From contig CAKRZE010000001.1 of the NCBI GenBank assembly GCA_934432725.1, positions 137,945 to 201,944 of the forward strand: 64,000 bases of DNA, in the 5' to 3' direction. Within the stretch, counting starts at the first letter, position 1; every line of letters begins with the position of its first letter. This DNA comes from an uncultured Eubacteriales bacterium. GTDB lineage: Bacteria > Bacillota > Clostridia > Oscillospirales > CAG-272. The position numbers and the translations under genes are program-made. The notes beneath the pieces are model-generated. The model made no database searches. It was not told the DNA's origin and saw nothing but the letters and a program-made list of their open reading frames with translations. Below are positions 25,766 through 34,563 of the stretch, piece after piece.

Positions 25766-27189
25766 TGGCGGCACATAATATGAGTCCCAAAAAGAATCCT
25801 ATGCCTTCACAGGACCCGAAGGTTCGTGCACACAATTTTGATGAGGTGGCAATCGGTTATTCCGAGGAAACAGCCATTGATGAAGCGCTGCGCTGCCTCT
25901 CCTGCAAAAACATGCCCTGCGTTTCCGGCTGTCCTGTCAACATTCACATCCCGGAATTCATCTCAAAAATTAAAGAAGGTGACTTTGAGGGAGCCTACCA
26001 GATTATTCAGCTCACCTCTTCCCTGCCTGCCGTATGCGGTCGTGTATGTCCGCAGGAAACGCAGTGCGAAGCAAAATGTGTACGCGGCATCAAGGGCGAG
26101 CCTGTCGGCATCGGCAGACTGGAGCGCTTTGTTGCGGACTGGCACAATGCGCACAGCACCGAAAAGCCCGCAGTTCCCGCTCCCAACGGTCACCGCGTTG
26201 CAATTGTCGGCTCCGGTCCGTCCGGCTTGACCTGCGCGGGGGATCTTGCAAAGCTCGGCTATGACGTTTCCGTTTTCGAAGCGCTCCATACTGCCGGCGG
26301 CGTTCTGGTTTACGGCATTCCGGAATTCCGTCTGCCGAAGGCAATCGTGCAGAAGGAAGTCGATACGCTCGCCGCAATGGGCGTCAAAATCGACACAAAT
26401 ATGGTCATCGGTAAAACGCTGACTGTGGATGAGTTGTTCGAAATGGGATTTGAGGCTGTTTTCATCGGCTCCGGTGCCGGACTCCCGAACTTTATGGGAA
26501 TTCCGGGCGAAGCATACAAGGGCGTGTATTCCGCAAATGAGTTCCTGACGCGCTCCAACCTGATGAAGGCTTACCGCGGCGACCCCGACACCCCGATCAT
26601 GAAGGGCGGAAAGGTGGCAGTCGTCGGCGGCGGAAACGTTGCCATGGATGCCGCAAGAACCGCTTTGCGTCTCGGTGCCGAAAAGGTTTACATCGTCTAC
26701 AGACGCTCCATGGAGGAGCTTCCCGCCAGAAAGGAAGAGGTCGAGCACGCACAGGAGGAAGGAATTGAATTCCTGCTTCTGAATAACCCGGTGGAGATTC
26801 TCGGCTATGAGAACCCGGATGACCGCCGCGACCCGAAGAACGGCTTTGTAACCGGCATGCGCTGCATCAAAATGCAGCTTGGAGAGCCGGATGCAAAGGG
26901 ACGCCGGCGCCCCATTCCGATTGAAGGAAGCGAATTTGTCATTGACGTTGATACCGTCGTTATGGCGATCGGAACCTCCCCGAATCCGCTGATCAAATCG
27001 ACCACCAAGGGATTGGAGGTCAATCGTCACGGCGGAATCATCGTTGAGGAAGAAACTGCAAAAACCTCAAGAGAGGGCGTTTATGCCGGCGGTGATGCCG
27101 TGACGGGCGCTGCAACAGTTATTTCCGCAATGGGTGCAGGAAAGCTTGCCGCAAAGTCTATTGACGAGTACATCAAGGGACGTCAGTAA
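25766..27189 (+). CDS. nfnB: NADPH-dependent glutamate synthase small-subunit-like oxidoreductase
   Basis: CLSCKNMPCVSGCPVNIHIPEF...CGRVCPQETQCEAKC Fe-S motifs, and two Rossmann motifs (VAIVGSGPSGLTCA, VAVVGGGNVAMDAA). Upstream in-frame ORF extension rejected. Confidence 0.85.
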
Positions 27190-27249
27190 GAAAACGGCGG
27201 TCTTTCGCACCTCGGCGCTCCCGCCTTCGATTCAGTTCTGAAAATCATG

Positions 27250-27290
27250 AAAAAGCAGTCTGCTGTCAGCAATGCAGCGGCTGCTTTTTG
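27250..27290 (+). terminator. Terminator after nfnB
   Basis: AAAGCAG...CTGCTTT imperfect hairpin followed by TTTTTG. Confidence 0.5.
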
Positions 27291-27527
27291 TGTCCTCTCC
27301 GGTGCGGCAGCCGACATCCGGCAGCTTTTCTCCGCAGCTTAATCTCCCCCGGAGCATGCCCGGCAAAGCGAGTCTTTCCGCAGCCGTACAAGCGCTAAAC
27401 AAACGCGGTTAAAGCACCGCCTTCGCATTTGCTTCGAAAATCGGACGTCAGAACATATGAAAAAAGCAAAGGAAGGTTAAGTGAGCAAAAAAGCGTCGGA
27501 AAGAAACGCCCAAAAAGCGAAAGAAAT

Positions 27528-27556
27528 TTGACAAAGCGGAAAGAATATGCTATACT
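27528..27556 (+). promoter_or_regulatory. Promoter of the ABC-F gene
   Basis: TTGACA, 17 nt, TATACT. Gives a ~150 nt structured leader. Confidence 0.6.
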
Positions 27557-27708
27557 GAAAAAGATTACTGCATTACTTCCCGCATTTTTACACTGCTGCG
27601 TACAGTGGTCGGACCGCACGGTATCGCCGCCGCATCTGCGGCATGAACCGTGCGAAAGGTCCGCACGCGAAAATACAGAATAAGGAGCGCGGTCTTCCGC
27701 AAAAAAGA

Positions 27709-29319
27709 ATGATTACAGTATCAAATGTCAGTTTTCAGTTCGGCGGACAGCTTTTGTTCAAGGATGTCGATCTGAAATTTACTCCCGGCAACTGCTATGG
27801 CATCATCGGTGCAAACGGCGCCGGCAAATCCACCTTTCTGCGTATTCTGTGCGGAGAGCTGGAACCGACGCGCGGAAATGTTTCGATTTCCCCGACCGAC
27901 CGCCTGTCCGTTTTGAAGCAGGACCACTTTGCCTACGATTCCTATTCCGTACTGGATACCGTCATTCTCGGAAATCCGAGACTGTATGATATCATGAAGG
28001 AAAAGGATGCGCTCTATGCAAAGCCGGATTTCTCCGATGAAGACGGAATCCGCGCAGCCGAGCTGGAGGCGGAATTCGCGGAGCTGAACGGCTGGGAGGC
28101 AGAATCCGATGCATCCAAGCTGATTCAGGGCTTGGGACTCTCCGATGACCTCCTGCAGGAAACCATGGCTTCCCTGAAGGAATCCGAAAAGGTCAAGGTT
28201 CTTCTGGCACAGGCACTGTTCGGAAATCCGGACATCATTCTTCTGGACGAGCCGACAAACGGTCTTGATATTGACGCAGTCACATGGCTTGAGGATTTTC
28301 TGTCCGACTATTTCGGCACGGTTCTGGTGGTTTCCCATGACCGTCATTTCCTGAACAATGTTTGTACGAATATCGTTGACATCGACTACGGCTCCATCAA
28401 AATGTATGTCGGAAACTATGAATTCTGGTATGAATCCAGCCAGCTGATGCAGCGCCTGCTCAAGCAGCAGAACAAGCGGAATGAAGATAAAATCAAGGAG
28501 CTGCAAACCTTTATTGCCCGCTTCTCCGCAAACAAGTCCAAAGCACGCCAGGCGACCTCACGCCGTAACCTTCTGGAAAAGCTCACGGTTGAAGAGATGC
28601 CCGCCTCCTCCAGAAGATATCCGTTCATCGGCTTTGACATGGATCGGGAGCCCGGCAAGGACATTCTGACGGTTTCGGAGCTTTCCAAGACAATTGACGG
28701 GACACCGCTCTTCAACAAGCTCTCCTTCTCCGTGCAGAAGGACGACAAAATTGCATTGATCGGAAGCGAGCAGGCAATTACTGCACTCTTCCGCATCCTG
28801 ATGGAGGAGGATACCCCCGATTCCGGCTCCTTCAAATGGGGGATCAGTATTACAAAATCTTATTTTCCGCACGACAATACCGCCTATTTCTCCGGCTGCA
28901 CGGACTCCATTCTTGACTGGATGCGAAGATATTCCAAGGATCAGACCGAGACGTATCTGCGCGGCTTCCTCGGCAGAATGCTGTTCTCCAACGACAGCGT
29001 ATTCAAGCCGGTCAACGTTCTGTCCGGCGGCGAAAAGGTTCGCTGCATGTTTTCCCGCATGATGCTGTTCGGCTCTAATTTCCTGATTCTTGATCAGCCG
29101 ACGGATCATCTGGACCTGGAGTCAATCACTGCGGTCAACAACGCACTCTCCGATTTTCGCGGAAACATCATGTTCTCCTCGCACGACTATGAAATCGTAA
29201 ATACTGTTGCAAACCGCATCATTGAGATTGCGCCGGACGGTATCACAGACCGCCGCTGCACCTATGAGGAGTTTGTCGCCTATAAAAAATCTCTCGGCAG
29301 CGCAACCGTCATACTCTGA
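27709..29319 (+). CDS. ABC-F family ATPase (YbiT/EttA-like translation factor)
   Basis: Two ABC cassettes with no TM domain. The first Walker A is GANGAGKST and a second cassette follows the linker. N-terminus MITVSNVSFQFG is typical of ABC-F proteins. Confidence 0.85.
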   Translation: MITVSNVSFQFGGQLLFKDVDLKFTPGNCYGIIGANGAGKSTFLRILCGELEPTRGNVSISPTDRLSVLKQDHFAYDSYSVLDTVILGNPRLYDIMKEKDALYAKPDFSDEDGIRAAELEAEFAELNGWEAESDASKLIQGLGLSDDLLQETMASLKESEKVKVLLAQALFGNPDIILLDEPTNGLDIDAVTWLEDFLSDYFGTVLVVSHDRHFLNNVCTNIVDIDYGSIKMYVGNYEFWYESSQLMQRLLKQQNKRNEDKIKELQTFIARFSANKSKARQATSRRNLLEKLTVEEMPASSRRYPFIGFDMDREPGKDILTVSELSKTIDGTPLFNKLSFSVQKDDKIALIGSEQAITALFRILMEEDTPDSGSFKWGISITKSYFPHDNTAYFSGCTDSILDWMRRYSKDQTETYLRGFLGRMLFSNDSVFKPVNVLSGGEKVRCMFSRMMLFGSNFLILDQPTDHLDLESITAVNNALSDFRGNIMFSSHDYEIVNTVANRIIEIAPDGITDRRCTYEEFVAYKKSLGSATVIL

Positions 29320-29356
29320 CACCACCCATGCTCAGTACATGTGAGCGCGTACCGTA

Positions 29357-29400
29357 TAAAAAAGGGGCTGTTAAAAACCTAAATGTTTTTAACAGCCCCT
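29357..29400. terminator. 16-bp perfect hairpin terminator (A-run upstream, so a better U-tract on the minus strand)
   Basis: AAAAAA, then AGGGGCTGTTAAAAAC, loop CTAAAT, then GTTTTTAACAGCCCCT. Confidence 0.6.
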
Positions 29401-29525
29401 TCAAAAATGTCGGTCGGGCTTTTGGTATTTTTGATGTAAGCCCGGCATTTTTTGCACCGGCACCTTTGTTTTTCGGCTTTTCCCGTGACAAAACGGCGGC
29501 GCTCGGTTCTAAAGACCCATGTCCG

Positions 29526-29570
29526 ATGGGGATAAAAAACACAAAATGAGTTTTTTATCCCATTTTTTCT
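29526..29570 (+). terminator. Strong plus-strand hairpin plus T-run in the ABC-F/thrS gap
   Basis: ATGGGGATAAAAAAC, 9 nt loop, GTTTTTTATCCCAT, then TTTTTT. Confidence 0.5.
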
Positions 29571-29797
29571 TTTCGGGCGTTCCGCGTTTTTGCACAGCGC
29601 GGTTCTCTCCGTATCACAAAATTCCCCCGGCTGCTGTGTACGGACGATTGCAATGATATGTGCAGCATGACAGCAAAACGACGGCTTTGCAGCAATCGGA
29701 AGAAGCCACGAAGCACAGCCCTTGCCTTTTCTTCCGGGCAGCCCAAAAAACACCGCGGACAGGGACGACGGCAGATAAGACCTTTCCCGAGACGAGA

Positions 29798-29830
29798 GGG
29801 GACGGCACAACCTGTGCCGTCCCCTGTTTT
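29798..29830 (+). terminator. Hairpin plus T-run just beyond the thrS stop
   Basis: GGGGACGGCACA, loop ACC, TGTGCCGTCCCC, then TGTTTT. The U-tract is present only in plus orientation. Confidence 0.5.
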
Positions 29831-29869
29831 GAATCAAACCGCAGAAGAACCTTCCCGGTTCTTTTCTGC

Positions 29870-31759
29870 TTATCTGCGTTTCTCGCGGATTTCGCAAAGG
29901 ATGTCCTCCATAAACCGGTCAACCGGCATAGCGCCGAGATCGACACCCTTTCTGCTTCGAACTGCGACCGCGCCGTTTTCCGCTTCCTTTGCACCGATGA
30001 CCAGCATATACGGAACCTTCTGAAGCTGCGCCTCACGGATTTTATAGCCGATTTTTTCGTTCCGCGCATCCGTTTCTGTCCGGATCCCGGCGGCAGTCAG
30101 CTTGTCTGCAACCGCCTTTGCGTATTCTGCCTGATCATCTCCGATCGGAAGAATTTTTACCTGCGTCGGAGCAATCCACACAGGGAGCGCTCCGGCATAC
30201 TTCTCCAGCATATAGGCAAGCGTCCGCTCATAGCAGCCGAGCGAGGTGCGGTGAATGATATACGGCGTTTTCTTCTGGTTATCGGAGTCTACATACTCCA
30301 TACCGAACTGCTTTGCAAGAAGCAGGTCGATCTGAATCGTGGCAAGCGTATCCTCCTTGCCGAAGACGTTCTTATACTGCACATCCAGCTTCGGACCGTA
30401 GAACGCTGCTTCGTCAATGCCGATCGTGTAATCCACATGCAGGTCATTCAGAATCTTTGCCATCAGGCTCTGCGCCTCTTCCCACTGCTCCGGCGTACCC
30501 TCATATTTGTTGTGCGGGTTGGCGGGATCCCACTGCGAGAAGCGGAAGGTGCAGTCCTCAAGCAGACCGACAGTGCCGAGGAAATACTGAATCAGCTCCA
30601 GACAGCCCTTGAACTCCTCCTCCAGCTGCTCCGGACGAAGAATCAGATGCCCTTCGGAGATTGTGAACTGCCGGACACGGATCAGACCGTGCATTTCGCC
30701 GCTGTCCTCATTGCGGAACAGCGTTGAGGTTTCACCGAGCCGCATCGGCAGATCGCGATAGGAACGGTTCTTGTTCAGGAAGACCTGATACTGGAACGGG
30801 CAGGTCATCGGACGGAGCGCAAAGCACTCTTTTGTATAGTCGTTCGGATCGCCCACCACGAACATGCCGTCCAGATAGTGATCCCAGTGACCGGAAATCT
30901 TATAAAGCTCCCGCTTTGCCATCAGCGGAGTTTTGGTCAGAAGATATCCGCGCGACTGCTCCGTATCCTCCACCCAGCGCTGAAGCAGCTGAATGACCCT
31001 GGCGCCCTTCGGCAGCATGATCGGCAGTCCCTGCCCTACGCAATCCACGGTCGTAAAATACTCCAGCTCTCTGCCGATTTTGTTGTGGTCGCGCTTTTTC
31101 GCTTCCTCCTGCTGTGCAAGATATGCATTCAGCTCCTCCTTGGTCGGGAATGCAATGCCGTAAATGCGCTGAAGCATCTTGTTCTTCGCATTTCCCTCCC
31201 AGTACGCGCCGGTGCACTGCGTCAGACGGAACGCCTTGACAGAGCCGGTCGAAAACAGATGCGGCCCGGCACAGAGATCGACGAATTCGCCCTGTCTGTA
31301 GAAGGAAATGTCATCCCCCTCCGGGATGCGGGCGATCAGGGCAACCTTGTACGGCTCTTCTCTGCTCTCCATCAGGCGGACAGCCTCATCGCGGGGCAGA
31401 AGAAAGCGCTCCATACGCAGATTTTCATGCACAATCTTCTTCATCTCACCCTCAATCGTCTTCAGCACCTCGGGTGTAAACGGAACATCGCTGTCGATAT
31501 CGTAATAAAACCCGTTGTCAATAGCAGGTCCGATGGTCAGCTTAGCTGCCGGATACAGGCGCTTGACCGCCTGAGCAAGAACATGGGACGCCGTATGCCA
31601 GAATACTTTTTTTCCGGCGGGATCCGCGAAGGTGACAGGCTCAGCGGTCTTTCCCGCAGCCACCTCATGGGAAAGCTCCGTGTTTGTTCCGTCCACGGAT
31701 GCGCAAAGCACATTCTTATCCATTTTTCCGGCTTCCTTTAAAATTTCATATGCAGTCAT
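29870..31759 (-). CDS. thrS: Threonine--tRNA ligase
   Basis: 629 aa with class II aaRS motifs and ThrRS-typical regions (...HRTSLGCYERTLAYMLEKYAGALPVWIAPTQV...). Preceded by a Thr T-box. Confidence 0.95.
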   Translation of the reverse strand: MTAYEILKEAGKMDKNVLCASVDGTNTELSHEVAAGKTAEPVTFADPAGKKVFWHTASHVLAQAVKRLYPAAKLTIGPAIDNGFYYDIDSDVPFTPEVLKTIEGEMKKIVHENLRMERFLLPRDEAVRLMESREEPYKVALIARIPEGDDISFYRQGEFVDLCAGPHLFSTGSVKAFRLTQCTGAYWEGNAKNKMLQRIYGIAFPTKEELNAYLAQQEEAKKRDHNKIGRELEYFTTVDCVGQGLPIMLPKGARVIQLLQRWVEDTEQSRGYLLTKTPLMAKRELYKISGHWDHYLDGMFVVGDPNDYTKECFALRPMTCPFQYQVFLNKNRSYRDLPMRLGETSTLFRNEDSGEMHGLIRVRQFTISEGHLILRPEQLEEEFKGCLELIQYFLGTVGLLEDCTFRFSQWDPANPHNKYEGTPEQWEEAQSLMAKILNDLHVDYTIGIDEAAFYGPKLDVQYKNVFGKEDTLATIQIDLLLAKQFGMEYVDSDNQKKTPYIIHRTSLGCYERTLAYMLEKYAGALPVWIAPTQVKILPIGDDQAEYAKAVADKLTAAGIRTETDARNEKIGYKIREAQLQKVPYMLVIGAKEAENGAVAVRSRKGVDLGAMPVDRFMEDILCEIREKRR

Positions 31760-31773
31760 GTTTGACCCTCCTC

Positions 31774-31995
31774 AAAAAATCGACCCCGGACAGCGATGCT
31801 GATCTGCTGTCCGGGGTGAAGATAATAGTAACTATCCGCACGGTTCCACCCGAGCTTTTCACTCATTTATGGAATTGTTCAAACGGATGGTACCCTTCCG
31901 ATGCAAAGGTCCTGCTTTCAGCCTGTGGCACGGACTCTCTGTGCAATGTCGCTTCGGTCGGACGTGTTCCGTCCTCATACAGTTTTCTCTGTATG
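31774..31995 (-). promoter_or_regulatory. T-box leader (Thr specifier) with terminator/antiterminator
   Basis: The minus strand contains the T-box GCTCGGGTGGAACCGTGCGG (31855-31836). The terminator is CCCCGGACAGC, 11 nt loop, GCTGTCCGGGG, then TCGATTTTTT (31816-31774). There is an AGAGA element, and an ACC codon followed by A in GGGTACCATCC as candidate specifier. Confidence 0.8.
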
Positions 31996-32000
31996 TTTTC

Positions 32001-32029
32001 ATTGTAGCACAGCCTTTTTCTTTTGTCAA
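32001..32029 (-). promoter_or_regulatory. Promoter of the thrS T-box leader
   Basis: The minus strand reads TTGACA, 17 nt, TACAAT. Confidence 0.6.
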
Positions 32030-32279
32030 GCAGTCTTTTGCAAAAGTACGCAGAGATTTTGTCTGCCTGTCAACGCAGTGCAAAGACGCATATCCGCTGC
32101 CGGTATAGAGACTCCCAGCCCCGAAAGGAAGGAGCGGGACGCCGCAGAGACCTCAGAGAGGCTGTTTGCTTTGCTCTTCCGGAAGCAATTGTAAAAGCAT
32201 TGCAAAGACCGCTTTAATCCGAAGCCCGCGCGTATTTCGGGCTCCGATTCCTTCTGCTGTCCTGATTTCTGTCTCCCCG

Positions 32280-33005
32280 TCAGGCGTTTACCGTCTGCGC
32301 TGAGGAGTTCGCAGAGGACGCGGGCTTTCGACCATACAAATAAGCCCTCCCCCGCTTTCCGGTCCGTTCGATTACTCCGAGCTTTAAAAGCACCGACAGC
32401 CCGCGTGCGGCAAGCGTTCTGCTAATCCGGCAGACGGCAGCAAGCTCCTTTGCCTCAAACGGGTCCTTCAGCGTATCCGGAAGCATTCCCGAAAAATCCT
32501 CGGGAGTGTCAAGAGAAATCCAGCTGTCAATCGCAACGGGAATACGCTCCGCCCGTGTGGAGCCGCGCTTTTTATCACGGCTCCAGCCGTTCAGATTCCG
32601 GTACTCCTCCGCATCCACCATGCAGATCCGAAAATGCAGACGCTCATGCGGAAGAAGCTCCCGCAAAGAATACAGCTCATAAAATATCTCCTGCGGCACA
32701 CCCGTTTTCGGCGATTTTCTCTTTTTTGTCATATCGCCGCTGGTCTGGTCGATCCAAATCAGCCACTTCACACGCGTCACCGGATAAACGACCGTGACAT
32801 CATTGCCGTTGTCCAGAAAACAGCGGAGCTTGTCCTTCATGGCATAAAAATTTCTGGTCTGAACCTCGGTAATCCGGTTTCCGTCCAGAATATCCGCCAC
32901 ATACCCGCAGCACTTTACCTCCTGCTTTGCCTGATCCGGCTGGAGATAATTTTTCAGACTGGCGTGCAGCGTTTTTTCCTTCAGCTCCCCGATTCCTTTT
33001 CCCAT
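32280..33005 (-). CDS. Hypothetical protein, PD-(D/E)xK nuclease-like N-terminal core with C-terminal winged-helix
   Basis: GYVADIL...ITEVQTRNF resembles a D...E.Q/K restriction-endonuclease-fold motif. The C-terminal LAAVCRISRTLAARGLSVLLKLGVIERTGKRGRAYLY is wHTH-like. Start at the ATG with RBS AAGAGG. Confidence 0.45.
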   Translation of the reverse strand: MGKGIGELKEKTLHASLKNYLQPDQAKQEVKCCGYVADILDGNRITEVQTRNFYAMKDKLRCFLDNGNDVTVVYPVTRVKWLIWIDQTSGDMTKKRKSPKTGVPQEIFYELYSLRELLPHERLHFRICMVDAEEYRNLNGWSRDKKRGSTRAERIPVAIDSWISLDTPEDFSGMLPDTLKDPFEAKELAAVCRISRTLAARGLSVLLKLGVIERTGKRGRAYLYGRKPASSANSSAQTVNA

Positions 33006-33145
33006 TGCCTGTACCTCTTTCGTTGCCGCCGGTGTCCGGCAGTTTTTGCGGTGCATTCCAAACTGCCGGACAGTCCTTCGGCGTACATTCCGTTGCTTTT
33101 CACGCAGGAACGGAAACGGTTTCTCCCCGTTTCATCCGCGTTCCG

Positions 33146-33949
33146 TTATTTTCTCTGGCAGCCGCAGCCGTCCGGACCGTGAAACGGCGGCGGAGAAAAC
33201 TCGCTGACCGGAAACGCCATCCGTTCAAACATCGCGCAGGGATCGTGATCTCCTGCAGGCGGGCATACCTTATCCGGAACATTGTATTCCACCGCCTGGA
33301 GCTGATACTGACCGGGACGTTCGATCCGGACCACCGAGAAGAAACCGAGCGACAGGCTCAGATACTTTTCACGGTCTCCGTCACGCTCGCACAGGCATCC
33401 GCTGAGCATGTTCAGCACGCGCTCCGGAAAATCCTCGGAGCCGCAGCACGGGCACTTGCAGACCTCCTTGACGCAGCAGCCGAGCACAACGGGATCCACC
33501 GTTTCGACTACCGCAACAGGCAGATTGTTTCCCATGCTTGCCGCGCAGCTTTGACACGGTTCGTCATCTCCGTTGCTGCGGAAAACATGCACATTTCCTT
33601 CGGAACCGTACAGAACCGACCGCTTTTCACAGCAGCAGACACCGTCAAATTCCTGCGGTCTTCCGGGCGCCACACAGGCTTCGAACACCGCTTTCACATA
33701 AAAACGGATCCGGATCTGATAAAATCCGCGATTAAATGCAACCGGCTCCACATCGATATTCATCCCGCAGATCTCGGCACATTTGGCGCGGACACTGCTT
33801 GCCTTCTCTATGATATCCTGTCCGAAGTCGGTCAGATAACACCGAACGTCCTCAAAACAATCCTTATCCCTGCAGCTGTCATAAATGCGGTTGCAGTCCA
33901 CGCAGATCGTTTCCCGGCAGTTCTGCTGTATATTTCTGCTATCGGGCAT
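33146..33949 (-). CDS. Cysteine-rich hypothetical protein (267 aa, about 10% Cys)
   Basis: Clean ORF with RBS GGGGGAA 8-9 nt before ATG 33949. Sequence CRETICVDCNRIYDSCRDKDCFEDVRCY..., CCCEK, CQSC, CCVKEVCKCPCCG, GCGC. No family recognised. Confidence 0.6.
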   Translation of the reverse strand: MPDSRNIQQNCRETICVDCNRIYDSCRDKDCFEDVRCYLTDFGQDIIEKASSVRAKCAEICGMNIDVEPVAFNRGFYQIRIRFYVKAVFEACVAPGRPQEFDGVCCCEKRSVLYGSEGNVHVFRSNGDDEPCQSCAASMGNNLPVAVVETVDPVVLGCCVKEVCKCPCCGSEDFPERVLNMLSGCLCERDGDREKYLSLSLGFFSVVRIERPGQYQLQAVEYNVPDKVCPPAGDHDPCAMFERMAFPVSEFSPPPFHGPDGCGCQRK

Positions 33950-34107
33950 ATGTTTGTTTCCCCCATTCTTTGGCATTCGGATACGAAAGCTTCCGCATCG
34001 GAAGCCGTATCTTCCTTACCATTCTATGCAGGAAACATTTTTCTGGCACACAAAAAGAATCTGCCGATTCCCCGGATTCCGGAGAAAGGGCAGATCCTCT
34101 GCTTTTG

Positions 34108-34515
34108 TCAGATCAGGGCGCGTACCGCCTCCGGAAGAGCCTCCGGTGCGCAGGAAACCGTCATCACCACGTTCAGCTCCTTGTCCTCCGCAAATGCCTT
34201 GACAGCCAGAACAAACCGTTCAAATGTATCGAGCTTGTTGTCGCAGATCTTCAGGGCAGAATCAATAAACAGATCGGTCAGATCGTGATTGCTCGCGTAA
34301 ATTCCCGCAAGGAAGCCATACAGTGCATCCGCACTGGCAATCCTGTATTCGTCGGTATCGATCAGGCGCGCCTGATAGTTAATCTCATGAATCAGCTTTC
34401 CGCCCTTTTCAAGGCAGACAACCGAACCGGGGGTTTCGTTGACCTTCGCATTGACCATCTCGATCAGTGTCTTTGTTTTTCCGGATCCCTTCAGGCCCAC
34501 AATGAGTTTTAGCAT
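34108..34515 (-). CDS. Small P-loop NTPase-like protein (135 aa)
   Basis: N-terminal Walker A (LIVGLKGSGKTKT) and candidate Walker B (LTDLFIDS). No further family recognised. Confidence 0.55.
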   Translation of the reverse strand: MLKLIVGLKGSGKTKTLIEMVNAKVNETPGSVVCLEKGGKLIHEINYQARLIDTDEYRIASADALYGFLAGIYASNHDLTDLFIDSALKICDNKLDTFERFVLAVKAFAEDKELNVVMTVSCAPEALPEAVRALI

Positions 34516-34563
34516 AAAAAATACCTCCGTTTAAGTTATTGTGAAGGTGACGGCACATGGCAG

